Position numbers and translations under genes: made by a program
Part shown: piece after piece, positions 54,692 through 64,000 of the stretch
Layout of the letters: each line of letters opens with the position of its first letter
Numbering within the stretch: position 1 is the stretch's first letter
Notes under the pieces: model-generated
What the model saw: the letters and a program-made list of their open reading frames with translations, nothing else
What the model was told of the DNA's origin: nothing
The model's database searches: none
NCBI GenBank assembly: GCA_964016885.1
Contig: OZ024740.1
Coordinates: 193,998,001 to 194,062,000 of the forward strand
DNA: 64,000 nucleotides
DNA from: Eledone cirrhosa
Taxonomy: Eukaryota
Reading direction: 5' to 3'

Positions 54692-57600
54692 GCTTTCTTT
54701 ATTAACCACAAGGGTTTACATAAAGTAGACATTAAGGACAGTACAGAAACAAAAAAATGGGCATCTCTGCGTGTAAAAAAACAAAAAACAGAGGATGTAA
54801 CAAAAAAAGAAACAACGAAAAATTCCCCAATAGGGGAGAGACTTCCGAGGGACACTCGTGGAGAAAGCCCATTAAAAAAAAGCCACGGTGACCCTGACCA
54901 CCAGGGCAAGTGCCCTCTCCCAGTTTTCCACCTTCAATTTACAGGCACATACACAGAGTAGGCGCATTCACACGGGCCATTCTTGCCTCTCTCACCCATC
55001 TTTCAACAAAATGCTGGGAAGAGAGCACTTCCTTCTCTACCCTGATTTTCCTTCTTAAATGAAATTTGAAAAAGTTAATCAGGGCATCACCGAAGATGTA
55101 AGTGCTCGTCTTCAGCCCTTTCAAACGCGTCCACCGTACTATCTCTTTCGCCAGGGCCACAAGACGGATGAACATTTTCTGCTCTTCCCGGCTAAAGGAA
55201 GATGCGCGGCAATCCTAACCATGGACTCAGCTGATAGCCAGATCCGTCCTACACGCAACACTCCGCATCAGTGGCCGAGAGCCGTGGCAGTCCGTCGAGG
55301 TAGACACTAAAGTCCATCCCTCAATCAAGCCCGCCGCTGCCCTCGAACAGCTGAGCGAAGTGTCGCTGAAAAGCTTCACACATTTTCCCGGGATCGAGTA
55401 GCATGCGCCCGTCGTGGTCCACCAAAGACCGCATCGTGGCTTTGTTGCCACGACGCGCCTCCGCCACTTGGGCCCATTGAACGACTTTCGTCTCCTCGTA
55501 TCTGAGAGCACGCACCCTAGCTCTGACAACGCAGCCTTCATGCTTTGCATTGAAGAATTGGTCAAGGGCCAATTTCGCCGCAAGTACGTCGGTCGCGATG
55601 CATTTGCTAAGCCCCTCGTCTATTTTTCTAACTAGTTCTCCCTCTGCTCTATTTTTCTCTATAGCATAAGCCTTACTAAACCCAATTCATCCTATTCTAA
55701 TCGCTCTTTTCAGAGCAAACCACCACTTGTTGTTGACGATGGCCCCCGTCAACGCCCGCTTAATTAGTTCGCTAATCCGGTCTCTGTAGGCTTTGCGCGC
55801 TGGTAAGGACGCGTTTAGCTTCCAGTAGCCGTGTCCTTGTCTATGAAGCCTATCTAAGTCAACCACATAGATCACGAATTTGTGGTCCGTGTAGCTGACT
55901 ATCTTGAATTGTGGACAGCCTATGCTAGACCTATCTATTTCCCTACAAAATACTCTATCTAGATATGATCTGGATGACCCAGTCCACATTGGCTCATTCT
56001 TGATATCCAATCGGTACCTGTCAGACAGTTCAAAACGCCTGAGCAGGTTGGTGATGCTCTTGCACCCTCCTCTCCTATCTGCTAATCCCACACAGTCCCA
56101 GCGTGCATCTAAGATCCCGTTCCAGTCACCCACTAACACTAAAGAGCGGGACGTTCCAAGAAAGGTCTCCAGACGCCGGAAGAAATTAGGCCGCCCTGCT
56201 CCTGCCGGGGTATAGACGGCCACTAGCCTGAGCTTGCCCGTCTCCGCTGGTTCACGTCCAGCACCACCAACTTACCTTCTGGGTCCAGGAAGATGGCCCG
56301 TATGGCGAGATCCAAACCTCTCCGAAAAAGCACAGCAACTCCTCCCCCGATCCCGGACGGCTGGGAGATGCGTACACATCGTAGCCGCCGAAGATCGGTG
56401 CGAAGGCCCATGTTTCGGAGATTCTAGTCTCGCTGATGGCCACCACATCTATGCTTAGTGACCTGAGGTCATTGAGCAGGTGGCCCTGCTTCCATGACGT
56501 CCCCAAGCCACGCGCATTTATGCTGCCTATTCTGAATGAGGTCATGTTGAAAAGGAGTGGAAATGATGGGAAATACCACTTACCTTACTTCTCGTAGAGG
56601 AAGGATGGTTTCTCCATCCTTTTCACTGCCTGTGACCTCCTCCGGAAGGATGTCCTTATAAATCCTCCTGGAGAGTGCTTGTTGGAAATCTCCGATGCCT
56701 TGGGGAATTTTTGTTTTAGTGTCGTGTACGTTTTCCGTGTGATGCGAGTGATTTGTATGTGTGGAGGTGGTGTGAATTTTTGGGGTGCTGTGTAGTCTTT
56801 TTCTGTGACGCTGGTGTTGTGTTGGATGTAATGTAATAATTGGTTGTTGTTCAAATTTAATTGTTTCTACTCTAGGCACAAGGCCAGCAATTACCCAGTA
56901 CATTACTGGTACTTTATTTTATCGACCCCGTAAGGATGAAAGGCAAAGTTAACCTCGGCGGGATTTGAACTCAGACTGTAAAGGGACGTAACTATGCTAG
57001 AAAGCATGGCGTCCAACCCTCTACCGGTTGTTGTTCAAATTTAATGATGTGTAGTGTGTATCGTTTTGGTTGTTTTCTTTTGTTTGCGTTTGTTGTGGGT
57101 TTGTTTCTGTTCCGCTTTTTGGTGACTTTTGTGGTGTTGGTGATGGTGGTGTTGGGGTTAATGATGGTGATGGTGTTGGTGTTTGTGGTGATGGGGTTGG
57201 TGATGCTGGTGTGGATGGTGGCATAGCTGTCCTATCTTTTTTGTTTGTTAGTTTATTTGTTTCACCCTGTATTTTGTTTTTGCAGGCGGAAGGAAGAGGA
57301 TGTTTTTCTTTTTGGGTTCTTTTTCTTATTTTCTTTTTTCCTGATACAGTTTCCCACTCCTCATCGTCACAATCTGTCTCCAGTTGTGATAGGTCGGGAA
57401 GTGGAATACCCTCCACAGGCGTTGGTTTTGGTTGTGGCGTGATGGATGGTGGAGGCGCTGGTACTTATTCTGGCGCGGTGGGTGGTGGTGGTGTTGGTTT
57501 TGCTACTGTTGCTGGGGTTGTTGCTGCTACAGTTGCTTCTGTTGTTGCTGCTACAGTTGTTGCTGCCATTTCTGCTGCTGGTGGGGTTGATGGTTGAGTC

Positions 57601-58933
57601 ACTGGGGTGGGTAAGAGAGGTGGCCTCAACTTTTTAGCCTGAGGGCAGAAAGCCTTTAGGTGGGTTCCTTCACCACAAACGTCACATCTAGGCCTTCTAC
57701 CCTCAACGATTACGGTGAGGTGGCTGCCGTCAGTGAGGTCTATCACCTCTGGAATTTCCTCAACGTTTTTTTGGTCCGCGTCAATCAGGAGCTCCATCCC
57801 AGATCCGGACAGTTCTCCTGCTTTTCTTTTGTTATTTCAATTATTTTCGTGTTTGCCTCGATGCCGGCGAGGACGGAAGCCATTAGCCAGGGAATTTCGA
57901 TGGCAGGGGGAACGTGGTCACCCTGATCTTCATGAGTCTCTGACCACAATAGCTTGGGACGAGTGTGAAATCGTCACCTCTTAATGGAGCCATGGAGTGC
58001 TCTCTGGCTTCCTGTGTTCCAAAGAACACGTCCACGGTTCCATATTTCTGCCCACGTCTGATGTGGGTTTTTTTCGCCCACACATGTCCCAAAGTTTTTG
58101 TATTTGGGACTCGGATGCCCGTTCCACTCGGCGTGATTTTGTGTTTATCGTCCGATAAGACACGGTGCATAGGCGCCGATACTCCGTTTTATTAGGGGGG
58201 GCTGACCCTGTACCCATCTTTTTTATCATTCTCTTGGCTTCATTTAATTCGATTGTTTCGCTTTTCTTGGCTGCTTTGGCAAAGACACATTTTGATTTGC
58301 GGTGGTGGTGGTGTGAGTGTTGTTTGGCGTGGAAGAGTCGATTCTGGGTGAATCCATTTTGATGTCACGAGATAATAATTTATTTTTTTTTGCTTCTGTT
58401 GTCGCTGTAGTGGTTGTGGTGGTAGTGGTGGTGGTGGTGGTGGTGGTGGTGGTGGTGGTGGTGGTGGTGGTGGTGGTGGTATCAGTTGTGTTCGTTGTTC
58501 TTTTTGACTTTGTGGTGGTGGGGGTGGCGGTTTTAACACCTGCAGTTATGGTAATGGCGGGAAATCCATGTCTTTATGCGGCAAATTTTAATAATTCAGA
58601 CTGCTAGTAATTATATTTTCAGTGTTGGCATCCGTGGAAAGGCTTACAAGGGTGTTGGTGTTAGTGGTGGTGGGGGAGAGGGGTGGGGGACTGTTAAAAA
58701 CAGTAAATTTGTCGTCCATGTTTTTTTTAAAAGAAATATTTGTTTGATAAATAAAAAGTTTAAGTTTTGGGCTCAAGGCCCCAATATTTCTTTTGAGTCC
58801 TTTTCAGAAAGCAATATATGTGAACTTATAAAAACTTAACAACAAAAATTTTCCATAACTGGCAATTTGAAAAAACTAAAAACAACAAACCTTTGCGGAG
58901 CTCACGATAATACGATTTCCTACGTAGGTCCCC
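54692..58933 (-). mobile_element. Tx1/L1-clade LINE with ORF1 (CCHC knuckle) and ORF2 APE; RT deleted
   Basis: ORF1 VEGRRPRCDVCGEGTHLKAFCP. ORF2 MTSFRIGSINARGL, AISET, AVYTP, LVGDWN, SYLDRVF, TDHKFV, GYWKLNASL. At about 55253 it jumps from LPRLS..DAECC to the C-terminal region. AATAAA near the 3' end; flanked by (AAT)n on both sides. Confidence 0.88.
56862..57025 (-). mobile_element. SINE inserted in Tx1 ORF1 with 20-bp TSD
   Basis: GGTTGTTGTTCAAATTTAAT at 56842-56861 and 57026-57045. Confidence 0.92.
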
Positions 58934-58975
<42 letters not shown>

Positions 58976-58990
58976 TATAATAATAATAAT

Positions 58991-60407
58991 TTTTCGACTC
59001 TTTGCTACAATGCGTTGCTTCAGTTCCTCTATGATAATATTTAGCTTTTTCCTCCTACTTTTGTACTTTATTTCCAGTCTAATTTTAGTGTTTTTGTTTT
59101 AGTGTCCCATTCAGTAGGGACTCAAGCTTTCCAATGTCATGTCTCATTTCTCTGATTTGACGATTGAGTCGTTTCTTCCACCAAGGTTCTGATCTTTCTT
59201 GTTTGTTGTTTCCTCTCGCTTTTATGCCAGTAGGAATGCCCTAAGTGCAGTAAATTCCCGAGCTGTGTCTATTATTAGGTACATAGCGTGAATTCTGAGA
59301 TGGAATGTTGCTGAACAAAAAGAAATGGATAGGAAGACTATTGACTATCTACAACATGTTCCACAAGAGGAGTGATGTCGATAGACTCTACTTAAGGCGA
59401 TCTGAAGGTGGAAGAGGTCTTATCAGCATAGAGGACTGTGTTCAGATGGAGAAAAACAACCTGCACAAATACGTGACCGATAGTAAGGAGACAATGCTCA
59501 GAATTCTACTGAAGGAGAGGACAATAGACCAGGGGATGTCCAAAGAGGAAATAACAACAAGGAGTAAGAGCAACCTTCATGAAAAATCCCTTCATAGTAC
59601 CTTCTTTGAGAATACGGAATTCAGAGATCCACAGACATGGAACTGGTTAAAAAGAGGAAACCTTAAAAAGGCTACAGAAGGAATGCTAATTGCTGCGCAA
59701 GAGCACGCCCTCAGAACGAAGTGGGTGAAACACCATATTTACAAGGAGGAGGCTAGCCCAATCTGCAGGATCTGTGGAGAGAAGAGACTGTGGCTCACAT
59801 TTAATCCATGTGTAAACACCTAGCCCAGACTCACTATAAAGGCTGGAGACATGATGTGATGGGCAGGGTGATCCACTGGCACCTATGCAAAGTAAACAAT
59901 TTGCCACATTCTGAGAAGTGGTATGAGCATAAGCCAGAGTCGGTGATAGAAAACGATCAGGTGAAGGTGCTATAGGATTTTAGGATACAGACGGACAAGA
60001 AACTAACACAATAGACCTGACCTGGTGGTTTTGGACAAGGAAAAAAGATCGTGCCTGATTGTGAATGTGGCCTGCCTATTCGACACGAGAGTGCAAGAGA
60101 AGGAGAGGGAGAAAATTAACCAATACCAGGATTTAAAGTGAGAGGTAAAAAGGATTTGGAACTGCCATGAAGTCAAAGTGGTCCCGATTGTCATAGGCGC
60201 ACGAGGTACTATCTCAAAGAGTTTCCAGGGATGGTTAAAGAAAATTGGCCCCGTCCCGCTTTTTGGAACACTTCAAAAGGCATGCTTGCTGGGAACAGCA
60301 AGAACCCTCCGATACGTCCTGAATATCTGAGGCTGCAGGAAGTGGCTTGATATTTATTTCAACAAACTTTCCAGTTAACTAACATCAATGACTGAGACTC
60401 AAAGAAC
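58991..60407 (+). mobile_element. R4/Dong LINE, 5'-truncated, with inverted upstream fragment (58991-59228)
   Basis: HKRSDVDRLYLRRSEGGRGL, TEGMLIAAQE, CRICG, RHD, RPDLVV..VACLFD..EKI..YQDL (RLE). The minus strand of 58991-59228 reads PWWKKRLNRQI...EELKQRIVAK. (AAT)n tail. Confidence 0.88.
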
Positions 60408-60431
60408 AATAATAATAATATTAATAATAAT

Positions 60432-62358
60432 ATCTCCCGTTGTCAGGAGGTTCCTGTCATTCAGTATGAAGACATGGACAACGACACTCCTTTTGAATAG
60501 CGAAAAAAAATCACTGGAAGCTGGAGAAGTTAATATTAATTGTGGAATTTTTCAGGGTGAATCTGTATCACCGCTTTTATTCTGCATCGCATTTATACCA
60601 TTAAGTAAAATGCTCAATGAAACAAAACATGGTTTTAAAGTCTATGACAAAACCATTAATCACTTGTTCTACATGGATGACCTGAAACTATTTCCAAAAA
60701 ATGATGAACAATTGCAAGGGCTATTATCTACTGTGAAGCAGTTCAGTGATGACATTAAAATGGAGTTTGGACTAGATAACTGCGCCAAAGCAACGTTCAC
60801 CAGAGGAAAGCTGCTGAAAAGTTCAGACATTAATCTTGATCGGGGGAATGTGATAAGAGAACTTGATCAAAAGGAAAGTTACAAATATTTAGGTGCTTGT
60901 GAAGGAGACGGAATCAAACACTCAACAATGAGGGAAAGGATAAGGAAGGAATGTTACCGCAGAGTAAGAGCAATCCTAAGAACGGACTTGAATGCAAGAA
61001 ATAGGATCGATGCAATAAACACGTTTGCCATACCAGTAGCAATCTACAGTTACAATGTCATCAACTGGTCAAGCACAGAGATCCGTAGGTTCGATACAAA
61101 AATTACAAAATTATTAACGATGCACAGAATGCATCACCCTAAGGCGAATACAGATAGAATATATCTCCCTAGGAAAGAAGGAAGAAGTGGGATAATCCAG
61201 TTAGATATTGCGTTGAAAACTGCAACAATTGGATTATCTACATATCTAAGGGAATCACATGACTGGATGTTCAAACTCGTTTTGAAACACGAAAGCATCA
61301 AAAGATCATACTCCATTACAAAAGATGCACAAAGATACAGTAATGGACTACAAATTTCAGAAGTCCCATTTACTGCTGAAATGGAAAACACAGAAAAAGC
61401 AAAGCAGGTAAAAGTAACTGCAAAGAAAGAACTGCTACAGAGACTGGCTAAGAAATGGCAAGAAAAGCCTCTGTATGGAAAATACCCAGAGCGAGCTAAC
61501 AATCCTGATGTTGACAAAACTTTAACCCATCAGTGGTTGGCATCCTCTGGACTGAAATCGGAGACTGAAGAACTAATTATATCAGCACAAGATCAGTTCT
61601 GCCAACAAAAAATTACCAAGCCAACATAAGAAAAAATGGATGCAACCCATTATGCCGTGTATGTAAAAAAGAACCATAGACCAGTGATCATATAATTCCA
61701 ATGTGCAGTCCTATAGCTCCAACCGAATACCTAAACAGGCATGACAGAGCTGCACAATACATACATTGGATAATGTGTAAGCATTTTGACCTGCCCCATC
61801 AAAAGAATTGGTGGGAGCATCAACCACCTCCCATACTTGAAAAAGATCACATCTCAATCTTGTGGAACTTTAGTATCGAAACAGACCGAAAAATAGATGC
61901 AAATAGACCTGATATAATATTGAAGGACTTTAAAAAGAGGGTATTCCAGCTAATTGATATGTCTGTTCCAATAGACAAGAATGTATCTAAAAAACATTTG
62001 AAAAATTGAGCAAGTATAAGGACCTGGAGATAGAAATTGGAAAAATGTGGAAATTGAGAACTAAAACAATACCAGTGGTTGTAGGCGCTCTAGGAATGAT
62101 ACCTAAGGGGTCTAATGATTACTTATCGCAAATCCCACGAAACCCGCGTATAGGAGAAATACAAAAGATAGTACTAATGGGAACTGCTCATATACTTAGG
62201 AAGATTCTGTTAATATAAGTACATCACAAGTCTAAACACTAAAGATGCATGTGTATGTATGTTCTTTTTTTAACATGGCGGACCTTGTTGTCTCTTGAGG
62301 TCACTGGTTGTGACTTGGTGATAACTCGTTGAAGATAAAGCAAAATAAATGCAACTGT
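60432..62358 (+). mobile_element. R4/Dong LINE (second family), 5'-truncated: RT + CCHC + restriction-like endonuclease
   Basis: GIFQGESVSPLLF, INHLFYMDDLKL, YKYLG, HHPKANTDRIYLPRKEGR, EYLNRHD, WNFSIETDRKIDANRPDII..IDMSVP, SKYKDLEIEI; (AAT)n tail. Confidence 0.92.
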
Positions 62359-62376
62359 AATAATAATAATAATAAT

Positions 62377-64000
62377 CACCAGGCCCCTAAGGTGTGCAGG
62401 AGTATTGGATTAAAAATATAACATCCCTCCACCCGAAACTGACAACCATGTTCAATGACCTCTTGATATCGGGTGAGGTACCAGAGTGGTTGACAAAAAG
62501 TACCACAGTTCTGGTAATGAAAGACCGAATCAAGGATAATGATTTTACCAACTATAGACCTATCACATATTTGTCCGTAATGTGGAAAATGTTAACTAGC
62601 ATTGTGTCTAGGGAATCTACCATCACCTCCACATAAACAACTTCTTATCGGACGAACAGATAGGATGCTGAAAGAAGTCCCGTGGTACAAAAGACCAGTT
62701 ACTTATTGATAAGATGGTAATGAGGAATTGCAGGATGAGACACACTGGTCTTGCCATTGGATGGATAGATTACAAAAAGCCATTCGACATGGTACCTCAT
62801 TCTTGGATAACCAAAAGCCTGGAGAACTTGAAGGTGGCAGATAACATCAGACAGTTGTTGAGGAAAAGTACGACGTCCTGGGAAACAGAGTTAACATCGG
62901 ATGGAGAATCCTTGGTAGGCGTGAAGATCAAGAGGGGTATCTTCCAGGGAGATATTTTTCCCCTATGCTGTTTGTCCTTGCCCTGATACCCCTGACTATT
63001 ATATTGCGAAAAGTGAGAGAAGGATACAAGTTGGGAAAAGGAGAGCTTACCATCAACCACCTCCTCTTCATGGACGATTTTAAACTCTTTGGGAAGAGTG
63101 AGTAGTTGGATGTACTTGTTGACACTGTCCATATTTTCACAATGATATATGTATGGAATTTGGTATTAGTAAGTGTGGAGTCCTAGTGATGAAAAGGGGT
63201 AAATTGAGCAGAAGCAACGGAATCCAGGTACCAACAGGTGAGATGATAAAGGAAATTGACACTGAAGAAGAATACAAATATTTAGGTGTTCTGGAGGCTG
63301 ATGACATCAAGAACAAAAAAATGAAGGAATTGATAAGATCTGAGTACATTCGGAGAGTAAGGAGCGTATGAAAATCACATCTGAACAGTAGGAATGCTAT
63401 AAGTGCAGTAAATTCCAGAGCCGTGTCTATTACTAGGTACAATGCGGGAATTCTGAAATGGAATGTTGCTGAACAAAAAGAAATGGATAGGAAGACTAGG
63501 AAGCTATTGACTATCTACAACATGTTCCACAAGAGGAGTGATGTCGATAGACTCTACTTAAGGAGATCTGAAGGTGGAAGAGGTCTTATCAGCATAGAGG
63601 ACTGTGTTCAGGTGAAGAAAAACAACCTGCACAAATACGTGACTGACAGTAGGGACCGAATGCTCAAAATTATACTGAAGGAGAAGACCAGGGGATGTCC
63701 AAGGAGGAAATAACTACAAGGAGGAAGTGCAACCTTCATATTACCTTCTTTAAGAAAACTGAATTTAGAGATACACAGACATGGAACTGGCTAAAAAGAG
63801 GAAACCTTAAAAAGGATACAGAAGGAATGCTAATTGCTGCGCAAAGCACGCCCTCAGAACGAAGTGGGTGAAACACCATATTTACAAGGAGGAGGCTAGC
63901 CCACTGTGTAGGATCTGGGGAGAGAGAGAGGAGACTGTGGCTCACATTGTATCCGAGTGTAAACACCTAGCCCAGACTCACTATAAAGGCTGGAGACATG
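62377..64000 (+). mobile_element. R4/Dong LINE (same family as 59.2 kb), decayed, runs off the window
   Basis: [66 protein letters not shown]. Confidence 0.92.

Overview
AT-rich, microsatellite-laden animal (eukaryotic) DNA. The SINE, LINE and microsatellite repertoire looks cephalopod (Octopus-like), which is an inference. Almost the whole window is transposon-derived: a decayed near-full-length RTE LINE (3.5-6.9 kb), several Penelope-like elements (PLEs, mostly Naiad-type RT/GIY-YIG remnants) with inverted terminal pseudo-LTRs, an internally deleted Tx1/L1-clade LINE, a head-to-tail cluster of R4/Dong LINEs in (AAT)n, SINEs, MITEs and two Helitron-like elements. Only one host exon candidate is visible (minus strand, about 14.8-15.1 kb). 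The main signal is a non-coding 595-bp unit present as a tandem array (1-3324) and again as a head-to-head array (31990-33774). Every unit carries a type I hammerhead ribozyme (HHR) motif with a compensatory U3-A8 core and a palindromic stem III, the layout expected of a retrozyme-like, self-cleaving, potentially circRNA-forming non-autonomous retroelement mobilised by PLEs. About 25 HHR-like motifs from roughly ten unrelated families were found by eye across the window. All structures were read manually; none were computed or database-checked.
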